NCBI GenBank assembly: GCA_963841015.1
Contig: CAWJAX010000002.1
Coordinates: 416,001 to 480,000 of the forward strand
Direction of reading: 5' to 3'
DNA from: an uncultured Methanoregulaceae archaeon
GTDB taxonomy: Archaea > Halobacteriota > Methanomicrobia > Methanomicrobiales > Methanospirillaceae
DNA: 64,000 bases
How positions within the stretch are numbered: the first letter of the stretch is position 1; the number at the start of each line of letters is the position of its first letter. Below the pieces are notes generated by a model. That model was not told the DNA's origin. It was given only the letters and a program-made list of their open reading frames with translations, and made no database searches. Position numbers and translations under genes: made by a program. Shown in pieces: positions 36,846-47,282 of this stretch.

Positions 36846-37279
36846 GGCTCTGGAATTCCTTTTCCATTGATTTGAAATTCAGGATGCAAGTACGAGTAAG
36901 GGGGGACATGAGCCTGTCCCCCCATAACGCCTTGGGCCTGGCAATGATGACGGAACACCTGTTCAGGGTTTATCGCATCGGGAGCGCCACAGCGGCTGGG
37001 GTGAAACCCCTTGAGCGTTCATCCGGTGATTGAGCATTTTCCATGAAAAATGAACTATCCGGGTATGATACGATACTTTTTTCCACACTCCTCCATCTAC
37101 GATGATCACCGCCGCCCTCGAAGGGACGCCCCCGCGGCGGATCAGGAACAAACAATTCCAAAAAAAACCCCCTGCCCATCGTGCCTCTAAAGAGGCCCTG
37201 AGGCGGGGTTCCATCCTATACATAACGATTTTCTTGGTTTGAGTGCGAACACTCTGTTCATGCCTGTTTCTCCAGAGTC
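36846..37279 (+). mobile_element. MITE-like element, long form (module A + module B)
   Basis: ggctctggaa...tttctccagagtc; flanks AATAAATC (36838-45) / AATAATTC (37280-87); colinear with the reverse complement of 58884-59324. Confidence 0.9.
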
Positions 37280-37344
37280 AATAATTCAAAATTGTCTCTG
37301 AGTAGTAAAAGGCCGGTATCTGGCAATCAGGAATCCTTTGACGA

Positions 37345-37897
37345 TTATCGGGGTAAAAGGATGTTGTGTTCCTGAATGGCTGGCGGTGCAACCCGACGGA
37401 TTGTGAGGGAATGGCCAATCGGGGGTTTTATTTCGATAGTGATTATCTGCCGGGGAACAAGAGGTGCCTTAGGGTTGATGCGGATAACAAACCGCTCTTC
37501 GTTATCGAGCCGGTTGTTAGGACTCCCTACCTCATTTTCCACCCGGATGATGCCCCAGAAACCTTTTGGTGGATCCCCATGGAAGCCTTCGACCGGGCGG
37601 AGAGTTTCTGTACGAATGGCATCGGCATAGACCAGGGAAAGCTGTTCCATATCCACAGATTTGTGGCTGTCAACAAGGCCGACGGTGAATGTAATCGTGT
37701 CGATGGTGCCGCCCGGTATGCCAAGGCCGGTCACCTCTCCAAAGCTTTGCAGGATCTCCTGTGGGTTATTGCCAAGGACCGGGCAGGGTACTCAGGGACG
37801 GTTCTGGTGGCACGTCCGTAAAGGTATCGGAACAACCGCCTGTAAGAATAAGGAGGATTAGCACGGTCGTCAGGAAAATATACAGCCCCTTTGTCAT
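37345..37897 (-). CDS. Lipoprotein with archaellin-like globular domain (+1 frameshift near 37781)
   Basis: MTKGLYIFLTTVLILLILTGGC lipobox; GEVTGLG...IDTITFTV...VDMEQL...NNRLDNEERFVIRI...TIEIKPPIGHSLTIRRVAP. Confidence 0.65.
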
Positions 37898-38034
37898 AGA
37901 GACTACTCTTGCGATCTTGTAGTAGAAATCATGTGTTTGTGGACTAGAAAAACAATTGGGTCGTTATAGCGGGATTATATTTTTGCTATTAACAAATAAG
38001 TAAAATAAAATAATAGCGATTCTGATTATACCTT

Positions 38035-39792
38035 ATGGGAAGGGTGACCTTACATTTCAGCGAAGATGACTATCAGCTCTTCCATCACTACTGTGCGAAT
38101 TATTGTCGTCTCCATGATGAAACAAGGAAAAACTCAATAAAAATTATTCTTGAACTCTATAAACACCAGATAATCGACATCCAGGAGCACAGCCTCGATA
38201 ATATTTTTACGTTTTTTTACCAGAAAAAACTGGAATTTGAGACAGATTGTAAAATCCCCGCCAGTGATGCGAACGAGCTTATGCGACTCCGGATAAGTTC
38301 TGACATTCTGTCGTTTTTAGAAGACCTTGAAAGAATATACCGCCTCATACGAAAAAAAAATGCAGAAGCAAATTACATCCTCATAATGGGTGCATTTTCA
38401 AAGATTTTTGAGGAGGAAACACAGACACGGCTGGAGGATCTCCATGAAGCTGCATCGGGTTCAATCAATGCCATCGTTTCACCGCTGGGAGATGCAATAG
38501 AAAAAAAACTCGGGCCGGAAGTCGACACCCGGATACTCCTCTATGAACTGGTGAGCTTTACAGAAATTTTTAACCGGCTTTCACCGGATCTTACTTTCAG
38601 TGATGATATAATCGAGCTTCTCGCCCCCCCGTTCATCAAAAGGTTTGGCAATGCGGAAAACTACGAAGAGATCCATACTCTCTTAAAGGACCATCGTGAT
38701 CAATTTCAGATGGATGAACTCGAGTCTGCACTCGAAGGAGGTATCCATGCACAGAACGTATGGGGTCTTGAATTTTCTTGGGAACAACTTCTCGAACCCC
38801 TGCGTGCACTCAATGAACTGGTTGCGCAGAACCAGAACCTCATTCGGGTGCCTCTCGATGTTCTCTCGGCTCTCGAAGCGCCGGTGAAAGAAAAACCTGC
38901 TCAGGCAGAGTATTCGCAGCTGACCCTCTATCAGAAACCCTACGGTATGGTAAGGAGGCGGAATGATGAAAACCAGTTTCTCGTTAAGGTTGATAACCGC
39001 TCGCGGAGCGAAGTCCAACTTACCCCTTACACGGATTTCATGCCCCGGGTGCATTCTCAGGAACAGAAGTACAAACAGTACTTCTCTCTCACTGCGGGTA
39101 TTTTGGCATTATTAGTGATAATACTGGCCATCATCATCCTTTCTATCGCGAATGCTCCGGCCTTTCCCTTTGGGAACACCACCAGTGGAGTGGTTGCTGC
39201 GAAAGATGCAACGATTGCTGCTTCAGCCACGGTCAGGCCGATCACAACCGTCCCGACAGCGATACCCACCCCAACACCGACTCCCCAGTACGTAACCGTT
39301 GAACCTGTCAAACCAGAACCCGATACCGGAATTAAAGGCAACAGAGCATTGTTTGATAATCCGGGGGTTCTCCCGGTTATGGTATTCGATCCCAAAGAGT
39401 ACGTAACCATTTTCAAGAATAATATGTCGTATAATCTGGAAAATGCTTATAAAATTTCCTTTGATCTGAAAAACCCTCCCATGGTAATCCACTATAAGGT
39501 TGTCCCGCAAAACATCACCGATGTAAAATGGTTTGAACCACGGGATGCCAAAAAGAAAATTAATACCACAACTCTTTATCGCCCGGACGAATTCGCATGG
39601 TTTGAATTGAAAATCTATGACAAAGAAGGTCTCTCTCAAAAGCAGGGTTGGGGCAGGTTATATGGAATTCCCCTGACTACCCAGGAGGTCGTTATAAGGG
39701 ATGGTGGCATGTACCAGATAGAATTTTCAGGTCAGCATGTCACGGTCAGTTCAGAAGTACTGGTGAAAAAAGAAGGAAATATCAATTTTTAA
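38035..39792 (+). CDS. Bitopic membrane protein (helical N-domain, TM, Thr/Pro stalk, extracellular beta domain)
   Basis: 585-aa ORF; TM ILALLVIILAIIILSIA; PTPTPTP linker. Confidence 0.8.
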   Translation: MGRVTLHFSEDDYQLFHHYCANYCRLHDETRKNSIKIILELYKHQIIDIQEHSLDNIFTFFYQKKLEFETDCKIPASDANELMRLRISSDILSFLEDLERIYRLIRKKNAEANYILIMGAFSKIFEEETQTRLEDLHEAASGSINAIVSPLGDAIEKKLGPEVDTRILLYELVSFTEIFNRLSPDLTFSDDIIELLAPPFIKRFGNAENYEEIHTLLKDHRDQFQMDELESALEGGIHAQNVWGLEFSWEQLLEPLRALNELVAQNQNLIRVPLDVLSALEAPVKEKPAQAEYSQLTLYQKPYGMVRRRNDENQFLVKVDNRSRSEVQLTPYTDFMPRVHSQEQKYKQYFSLTAGILALLVIILAIIILSIANAPAFPFGNTTSGVVAAKDATIAASATVRPITTVPTAIPTPTPTPQYVTVEPVKPEPDTGIKGNRALFDNPGVLPVMVFDPKEYVTIFKNNMSYNLENAYKISFDLKNPPMVIHYKVVPQNITDVKWFEPRDAKKKINTTTLYRPDEFAWFELKIYDKEGLSQKQGWGRLYGIPLTTQEVVIRDGGMYQIEFSGQHVTVSSEVLVKKEGNINF

Positions 39793-40211
39793 CAGCATTA
39801 CCGGGAAATTTTTTCATGAGCCAGTGATATTCCCGGTTAAAATCTGACGCCTGACAAAAGAGGTTCCTCTGACTTTTTTATTCGTTACGTCTTGCCCGGA
39901 ACCGTACCTCAAAGCAGAGTTGTGGATAAAAAAGAATAGGTCCATGAATACATGGCTTTGAATGGTGATAGTACCTTTTCGCATCCAAACGAATCTACCG
40001 GAACCAGGCAAAATCCCCTGCATTAAAAAGTTGCTTATAAATCAGTCCTTGAGTAATCGGGGCTTTAAATACTGTCCGCTCCAGTGGAAGAAAAGGGGTA
40101 TAAAAATATGATCAATTTGCCGGATTGGTAAAATATTTAGTATACAATTATTAAATCTAAAAAATCATTTCAAATCGGGAGATTTTTCCTCTCATAGAGC
40201 TTCTTTTCTCG

Positions 40212-40883
40212 TTATATGCGGATGCGTTTGCTTTGTTTCTTCCAGTAAAACCATCCGATAAGAATTATGACGATGATGACCATTACAGCTGCGGTACCCA
40301 ACAGGATACTTTGTAGGAACAGTTCCTGCAGGAATACCGTGGCAATGGCGATGCCGAAACAACCGATGAATGCCCCTGTCGCGATGGCAAGGAACAGCGG
40401 TATTTTTTCCATACCCAGCAGGTTCCCGATAATGGTGCCCCGGATGCCCCCGCTGCCCGTGACCGGCACCATCACAAGCACGACAATGCCGGTAAAATAG
40501 AGTTTTTTTAACCAGGGTCGTTCTTTGATAAATTCATCAGCCTTGCTGATGAATGATTTCATCATCCTGCCAAGCACGGGAATTTTAAGCGCGAGATCGA
40601 AGTTCCATCCCATGAATAATGCAGTCTCAATATCGATCATCATGATCGACAGGGCCATCAGCCACCAGGGGATACCCAAAACAATTCCTGCAGGAATCAC
40701 CGTCTCTTTTCCTGCCGGCGGAAGGATGTAGGCAATCATGAGCCCGATGACAATAAGAAAGGAGGGATTGTCAAGAAAAAAATACAGGAAAACTATCTCG
40801 GTAGCAACGAGTGCTAACGGTAAGGTAAGCTTGAGAGTACGGACAAGATAGGGATTGTCCCTGAGGATTTCTGCATATTCCAT
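40212..40883 (-). CDS. Small multi-drug export-like membrane protein
   Basis: PPAGKETVIPAG; VMVPVTGSGGIRG; multiple TMs. Confidence 0.8.
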   Translation of the reverse strand: MEYAEILRDNPYLVRTLKLTLPLALVATEIVFLYFFLDNPSFLIVIGLMIAYILPPAGKETVIPAGIVLGIPWWLMALSIMMIDIETALFMGWNFDLALKIPVLGRMMKSFISKADEFIKERPWLKKLYFTGIVVLVMVPVTGSGGIRGTIIGNLLGMEKIPLFLAIATGAFIGCFGIAIATVFLQELFLQSILLGTAAVMVIIVIILIGWFYWKKQSKRIRI

Positions 40884-41139
40884 GGGATAGTACAGGATGA
40901 TATGGAGCGCAGGTCTTATGTAAACAGATCTTTTGGATTTTCCACCCCCCGGCCTTCATATGTGCCGCATAAGAATTGACGCTGTGATGTGCCCTGTACC
41001 TTTCGTGCAAGACCTTATCTGTCATGCCGTGAAGGATCAGAATACAGCTCATGATATATGCGATGGGGCTGACGAGGTGGTTCTTATATCGGAAAAACAC
41101 ATTCAGTGTGTAATGAAATCCTGCATCGGAAAGGCAGGA

Positions 41140-41598
41140 ATGCGGCGTCTGATTCTCTGCATACTGGCACTTACTGCGTTGAGCGGGTATGCGCTTGCAC
41201 ATAATCCTGCAGGTGTGGTAGTGTCGTATGATGAAACTACCGGAGATCTGGGTGTTGCGATCACGCACCAGGTGGACAATCCCGCCACGCATTATGTGAA
41301 ACATGTGACCGTACGTCAGGGTACCACGGTATTGATTGACCAATCCTATGACAGCCAGCCGGAAGCATCGGCTTTCACGTACCGCTACAATCTCCCCCAG
41401 CTGAAAGGGAGCAGTGGGGTGATCCGGGTCGATACTGAGTGCAATATCGGGGGCTCCCGATCAGGGACCCTCACCCTTGGTGCGACACCGGTGGCGGGAA
41501 CACCGGTTGGTGCACCTCCTGCCCCAACCCGGGCACCGCTGAGTGTTTTTGTAGCACTCCTTGCAGCAGGATTGGCGGCATCGCGTATCCTGGTATGA
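41140..41598 (+). CDS. Secreted superoxide-reductase-like Ig-fold protein with C-terminal anchor
   Basis: Signal ...GYALA|HNP; THQV, THYV, ECNIGG; TRAPLSVFVALLAAGLAASR tail. Confidence 0.65.
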   Translation: MRRLILCILALTALSGYALAHNPAGVVVSYDETTGDLGVAITHQVDNPATHYVKHVTVRQGTTVLIDQSYDSQPEASAFTYRYNLPQLKGSSGVIRVDTECNIGGSRSGTLTLGATPVAGTPVGAPPAPTRAPLSVFVALLAAGLAASRILV

Positions 41599-41899
41599 TA
41601 CCCTTTTTTTCAGACTCGCAGGATCTTTTGGGTCTTCAGAGTATTCCGTAAAAAATCCTTATAAGGATATCATCATAGTACCGGAGGACAAAAGAACAAT
41701 TCCCCTCATAACACCCTTTGCCAGAATTATTATTGACGGGTAATTCCTGATCCTGAAATAACGGTGGGTGATGAGCCGGAGTGGTGAGCGTGAAAAACTC
41801 CTGATTGTTTCTCGTGCCATCGGGTATTTTTATCGGGCCTGTTTTTTAGGGCAATGTGAAAATTTAGCACCTAATTTTTTCCTTATGTCTCCTTAATAT

Positions 41900-41976
41900 A
41901 TGCCCCCCAAAACACTCCTGGGGGCTTCGGTAACGCCTTCGCCCCCACCGTTGTGGCGACCCCCACAATGCGATAG
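41900..41976 (-). repeat. Partial match to the MITE internal motif
   Basis: Reverse complement tatcgcattgtgggggtcgccacaacggtggggg resembles tatcgcatcggg..gccacagcggc.gggg. Confidence 0.5.
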
Positions 41977-42157
41977 AATGTATTACCTTATTTCGAGCAA
42001 TGACAATTGTTCAAAAAAAACGAGATACTTTTTTTCGATAATTTTTAGTTTATTTTTATAAAAATATTTTTTACTTCAGACCCTCAATTTTTATTTTTAG
42101 GGTTTTATAAGCACTTCACCCTTTTTATTTACGGCCGGGTGTGTTTTACCTCCCGGC

Positions 42158-42898
42158 TCATTCAATTTTCCTTCCGACCGCCGCACAATACAGCACAAAC
42201 TCTTCCTCTCCGTCAATTTTCAGGGCATCTGCCATCTGCTGGTCATCAAATGCCCCGATAGCACACGTACCACAGTCTATCTGCTCTGCGGCAAGGTAGA
42301 GGTTCTGGCAGGCATGTCCGGCATCGAGGTGTACGAGCCGGTATGCCCGTTCGCTGTATCTCCATGACATCCGGTAGATCACTGCTGACCAGATGAACGT
42401 GACCGCAGAGGATCGTACAAAGGCCTGACCGAGACATGCCGACATTAGTGAATCGGCCATACCGCTGGTGGTGTCGATCGTGGCAAGACTATGGGAAAAA
42501 GCGAGGTAACGGTACAGCCCGGGTTGTATACCTTTGACACGGTTGATGAGCAGCCAGGTCTCCAGCGCATGTCGTCCCCCGGCAGAAGGGACAGTGCGAA
42601 GCGTGTAGAACGGGGCTTTCACCTCAACAATTCCCTGGGTACACCAGCAGAGGAAGGCAAGTTCTTCGACTGTCAGCGGATCACGGGCATAGCGACGGAC
42701 AGACCGGCGCTGTTCAATTGCAGTGCGGAGATCCAGTGCACGTACCTTGATGTCTGAAGATTGGGGAAGCGGGATTATGTGGGCGTCCTGCGGAACGGCT
42801 TTTTCGAGCGGAGGAGCAGGAAGTCCCCGCTCCTGGTCAGATGCCGTCAGGTGTTCATACCGTGTCTGTTCCATGAATGTACGACCGGTTGGCAGCAT
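42158..42898 (-). CDS. SagB/ThcOx family nitroreductase-fold dehydrogenase
   Basis: RRSVRRY, RTVPSAGGRHALE, YRLVHLDAGHACQNLYL, AIGAFDD. Confidence 0.92.
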   Translation of the reverse strand: MLPTGRTFMEQTRYEHLTASDQERGLPAPPLEKAVPQDAHIIPLPQSSDIKVRALDLRTAIEQRRSVRRYARDPLTVEELAFLCWCTQGIVEVKAPFYTLRTVPSAGGRHALETWLLINRVKGIQPGLYRYLAFSHSLATIDTTSGMADSLMSACLGQAFVRSSAVTFIWSAVIYRMSWRYSERAYRLVHLDAGHACQNLYLAAEQIDCGTCAIGAFDDQQMADALKIDGEEEFVLYCAAVGRKIE

Positions 42899-43065
42899 AA
42901 TCCAGTGATTGCCTCTTCATGAGAATAAATTCAATGGTGGAATTACCGGATACCCTATCCCCTGGTTTTTCAATGAATTCTTATCAGAATAGGAAGTTCT
43001 GGGGTAACTGGTCTGGGCTACCTACAGGAATCCTGCCACTGACAGGTGAGTGTTTTAAAAAATAG

Positions 43066-43628
43066 TTAGTGCTCTGAAAACTTCATGTCCCAGAAGATGT
43101 TCTTACCGGATGCCTTGAGCGGGATGCCATACGCGACACTGCACCCTTTGAGTATACCCAGTCTGAAGGGCAATAACACCAGCACTGAACATGATCCGGT
43201 TATCTGCATTATGGATACTGGCTGTCTTGACCGCTGATCCGACGGCTACACCAAGGTCAGAGATCTTCAGGACGCAGTTTGGACCCGGGTAAAGCGCTTT
43301 TTTGTTCTTTCCTGCCTTAACTGCCTTTACCATCTCTGCACAGGTAGCATACCCACATCCCCCGCAGTTGATGCCCAGCGGAATATGGCCTTCAACCCCG
43401 ATTAAGAGCGTAGCATCGCTGACTTTCAGCTGCTCTCCATTGATACAAAAAAAAGTCCATTTTCAACTCTTTTCCCTGTTTGATCATCTGGTTTGCAAGC
43501 TTTTCCTGAGCCTTTCCAGTAAGTATTTCAATTTTTATTGAGTCCAGCCCGACCGCTTTTGGTGCTGTCCGTGCCGAGAGCGCCATGAGCCCGGCTACGG
43601 TTTTCACTGCTTCAGATTCAGCTGTCAT
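43066..43628 (-). CDS. DUF2148-like Fe-S protein (frameshifts at the A-run ~43447 and at ~43155)
   Basis: LMALSARTAPKA; NCGGCGYATC; DLGVAVGSA...DNRIMFSAG; GIPLKASGKNIFWD. Confidence 0.8.
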
Positions 43629-43933
43629 GCAGGAGGTTGGGGATGTCTGGCATAAAAAAGGCGCAGTCCAGAGAACATATCTGGTTACCGGTGTTCGTTT
43701 AACGAACACAGTCGGTACCTTGATACCGGTAACCAGTGTTTTACCTCAATCTGTGTAATTTTCCTCCGATACAATAATATAAGGGATATGAGTGAAGGTT
43801 ACCGGTTCTCGTGTTCTTCATTTTTTTCATGAGTGTTCAAAGAGGAGCATGAAAAGGTATTTCGATACGAATAACAGTAGATTCAATAGACAGCAAACAG
43901 TAATCCGTGCAGGAAATTTTTGGGGAATGCATA

Positions 43934-44704
43934 ATGTCACGATGCGAAAAATGTGGATCTTTTAAAACAATTCTCGCAAAGTCCTATTGTTACCCGGGTA
44001 AATCTGTCGGTTCGTTTGAAATAACCGGAGCAAAACCGATATGTAATGCCTGTATTTCAAAAATGAAAGAAGATGAATCAACAAGGGATGAAACGTCAAA
44101 AAAAATGATACGGTGCATTGAAAAAGAACAATACGCCGAATATCTCCGTATCATTGAAGACAACTTCAATGCAGAGAATCCTTCTCACTGGTATAACAAG
44201 GGAAATGCGTTGAGAAATCTTCAGAGATTTGATGAGGCAGTCGAGTGTTTTAACCAGGCATTGTTTCTTGATACCCATTATATTAAAGCGTGGTACCGGA
44301 AGGGACAGACCTTATTTTACCATGAAAAGTATCTTGATGCCCTGAAATCCTTTGGAAATGTTGTTCAACTGGATAAAAAATACGAGAGCGGATGGGGAAT
44401 AGCTGCAAAATTTTACATTACGATGACATTAAGTCGTGAATATTCCCGGTTGCTCAATGAACATCAAATGACCCGGGAATTTGAGAATTATGGCTTGGAA
44501 TGGATCTCCCATCTCTATTTTCTCCTCCATGATGAATTATCACTACCTGACGGTAAAAAAATAGTCCCTGAAGAGATTACCCTTGAATTATTCCTGGATT
44601 ATTGTTACGAACATTTTGAGGAGATTATCACCATCCTTGAGCCGGTGAAAGGACCAGCGATTTGTTATAAAAGTCACGGGAAAACCAAGATAAACCTTCA
44701 ATAA
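43934..44704 (+). CDS. Zn-ribbon + TPR protein
   Basis: CEKC...CNAC; WYNKGNALRNLQRFDEAVECF; AWYRKGQTL. Confidence 0.8.
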   Translation: MSRCEKCGSFKTILAKSYCYPGKSVGSFEITGAKPICNACISKMKEDESTRDETSKKMIRCIEKEQYAEYLRIIEDNFNAENPSHWYNKGNALRNLQRFDEAVECFNQALFLDTHYIKAWYRKGQTLFYHEKYLDALKSFGNVVQLDKKYESGWGIAAKFYITMTLSREYSRLLNEHQMTREFENYGLEWISHLYFLLHDELSLPDGKKIVPEEITLELFLDYCYEHFEEIITILEPVKGPAICYKSHGKTKINLQ

Positions 44705-44808
44705 CCTTATAACTCGTTGAGAAATCCCCCTCTTTGTTGCCCGATGAATCCTTACGGGATCCTCACCGGCTCTCTGCCGTTATTCTGACAGCCTCAAAAA
44801 AACAGGAA

Positions 44809-46986
44809 TCATGATGGATTATTCAGACCCGATGAACCGGAATTTTCCCTGGGTACCCGGATTTCGAACCGTGCTCCTTTTCCTGGCTCTCCGTTTTCCC
44901 GGATTGTCATCCCCGTAATACCAAGGATTGTCCGTGAAAGGTACAACCCAAAACCGGTATGCTTGAAAAATTTTCGTTCCAAAATTGCTTCTTTTTGTTC
45001 AGCAGGAACCCCTTCTCCGTTATCCTGGTATACCACGACAAGATCGTCGTCCTGCATGCGGAAAGAAAAATCGATACTTGTTACGGTTTTCCCATGGCGT
45101 AGTGCATTTTCTAGGAGCGTATAAAAAACCTTCCCCAATAACGGATCTGCAAATATCTCAAGATTATCAAAGTGTACGACAAGAGTCACATTCGAAAGCG
45201 GGAGGTTTGCCGCATGTGACAGAATAGTCTCCCTGACATTAAACCAGCCAGGGGACTGGACCCCGATATCCTGGTAATCTTTGGTGAACATGATCTGGGT
45301 CTGTATGTTATGAGCAGCATGGATCTCCTTGTCAATATATTCCTGCAACGAGGGATCTGGAAATTTCATCTGCATCATTTCGAGGTAGCCGAGGATCGCA
45401 GTGAGCTGGTTGAGGATATCATGCCGTGTAATACTGTTTAAAAGGTTCAGCTTATCGTTCACTCGTGTCATTTCTTCTGCATGGCGTGTTGTATCCGCGT
45501 TAGATTGTTCCAGTATCATTTCGCTTACTTTTTGTTCAGTAATGTCGGTGATGAGTGCTATATAATAGAGGAATCGGCCATCCTTGTCCCTGACTGCAGA
45601 TACCACGACCGAAGCCCAGAATTCTTCACCATTCTTTTTTATATACCGTTTTTCTGTTGTATATTCGGGAATTTCCCCGGCACTCAGACTGGTGTAAATG
45701 GGAAATATCTGAGGAAAGAAAATCCGGGTGGGTAATATCGGTGAAGGATATGGTGAGCAATTCCTCCTTTGAATAACCGAGCATTGTGCAAAACCTCGGA
45801 TTGATTTTAAGAAACCGGAAATTTTCATCGACCATGACCATGCCATGCTGCCCTTTCTCAAAAACTGTCCGGAACTGTTCTTCGCTTTTCTGGAGTGCAT
45901 CTTCCACCAGTTTCCGGCTGGTGATATCACGGATCGTTTCAATCGCACCGGTAACTCTGCCACTTGTATCATAGAGAGGAGCGACAATGAACCAAAGATA
46001 GGCGCCCTTCCCCCAAAAAGTCGCTGGATAAATATCTCTGAGAAAAATTTATCTGCCTCTTTTTGGATAAACCGATAGTTCTTTTTAATCTCATCAATCT
46101 CATCAAAAACCAGATCAATGAGAATCGGCCGCCTCTCCCCGTAAAACGGGATGCTGTACTCGTGATCCCCTTTACCCAGCATGGCATCGGCGGGAACTCC
46201 TGTCATCTCCTCCATCGCTCTATTCCACGAGATGATCTTCCCTTCCTTGTCAATGACCAGGGTGGCATCAGGAAGGAAATTGATAATGTCAGTGAGACGA
46301 CGTTCCGATTCCTTAACGACAGCTTCAGATGCAGAGAGGATCTGGCGTTCCCGTTCATTCCGCTGAAGCACATAGTAAAATATCAGCAGGAGTAACAGCA
46401 GCAGGAGCATAGCGATTACTGCCGGTGCACTTCCGATGATTATCTGTATGGTCCAGTCCCGGGAATCAATATCAGTACCTAAAAGTGCGATAATCTCACC
46501 GGTGTTTGGATCGGTGATCGGAACAAGTCCGCTCACCCACGTGCCCCAGCGATCGGTCACCGGTCCTTCGGTCACCTCCTCTCCTGTTGCAAAAACATTC
46601 AAGAGGATAGCAGATGCTTCCGGATAAACCTGCCCGGGCGGTGAGTAATCCTCAGTTCCCGGGGGTTCAGAGTCAATTAAGAAGATGACTGTGCCGTCTG
46701 GTTGACGGTCAAGAATATACGCAAACCGGATCAGGGAATCGGTGGACTTTACCTTCATCAGATGCTCTTTTAAGTATTGATAATCCACTGATGCCAGATC
46801 AGCTTCTGTACCTGTCAGTGCTTTCACGTGCCCGGTACCGATACTCGCCTGGACAAGACGGGTTTTTGAAAGGAGATCTTCCCGCAGGAGATAATCCTCC
46901 CGCTGAACAGACCACAGGGTTAAAAGTATGCCACTGGCGAGGATTGCAATGATCGCCACAATCAGCCATTTGTTGACATTGCGCAT
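44809..46986 (-). CDS. Membrane sensor histidine kinase (Cache-like, 2 PAS, HisKA, HATPase_c); internal compensating frameshifts
   Basis: 2 TMs; DIINFLPDAT PAS; H-box ITRHDILNQL; DNGEGV; TGFGLYL. Confidence 0.9.
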   Translation of the reverse strand: MRNVNKWLIVAIIAILASGILLTLWSVQREDYLLREDLLSKTRLVQASIGTGHVKALTGTEADLASVDYQYLKEHLMKVKSTDSLIRFAYILDRQPDGTVIFLIDSEPPGTEDYSPPGQVYPEASAILLNVFATGEEVTEGPVTDRWGTWVSGLVPITDPNTGEIIALLGTDIDSRDWTIQIIIGSAPAVIAMLLLLLLLLIFYYVLQRNERERQILSASEAVVKESERRLTDIINFLPDATLVIDKEGKIISWNRAMEEMTGVPADAMLGKGDHEYSIPFYGERRPILIDLVFDEIDEIKKNYRFIQKEADKFFSEIFIQRLFGGRAPIFGSLSLLSMIQVAELPVRLKRSVISPAGNWWKMHSRKAKNSSGQFLRKGSMAWSWSMKISGFLKSIRGFAQCSVIQRRNCSPYPSPILPTRIFFPQIFPIYTSLSAGEIPEYTTEKRYIKKNGEEFWASVVVSAVRDKDGRFLYYIALITDITEQKVSEMILEQSNADTTRHAEEMTRVNDKLNLLNSITRHDILNQLTAILGYLEMMQMKFPDPSLQEYIDKEIHAAHNIQTQIMFTKDYQDIGVQSPGWFNVRETILSHAANLPLSNVTLVVHFDNLEIFADPLLGKVFYTLLENALRHGKTVTSIDFSFRMQDDDLVVVYQDNGEGVPAEQKEAILERKFFKHTGFGLYLSRTILGITGMTIRENGEPGKGARFEIRVPRENSGSSGLNNPS

Positions 46987-47282
46987 TATTGGATAATCCC
47001 CCGCTGGATCATTGTATTTTACCTCACCGGCCAATTCATCTGCTGGTCTGTTGAAAGGAATTTAAGTGGTCTGTGTTAAAGAATATATATATATTCTGAA
47101 ATGTTTCCACTCGGAAATATACCGCCCCGATATTTGGTATTTTTTAAAAAACGATTCTTTTTAAAAAAATACTTCCTTAAAATCCGGTGCCAGGCACTGA
47201 TCATAAAAAATCAACACCAAATAAATTAATATCGGTTGATTATCCTATAGATATAATTCATATCATTTAAAGAGGAATTTTT

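Noticed and set aside
42158-42898. SagB-like gene as a RiPP (azole peptide) cluster
   Set aside because: No YcaO, precursor peptide or transporter adjacent; stand-alone SagB homologues are common.
43440-43460. Homopolymer frameshifts (also ~31290) as phase variation
   Set aside because: Runs are short and indels are scattered across unrelated genes; sequencing error is more parsimonious.
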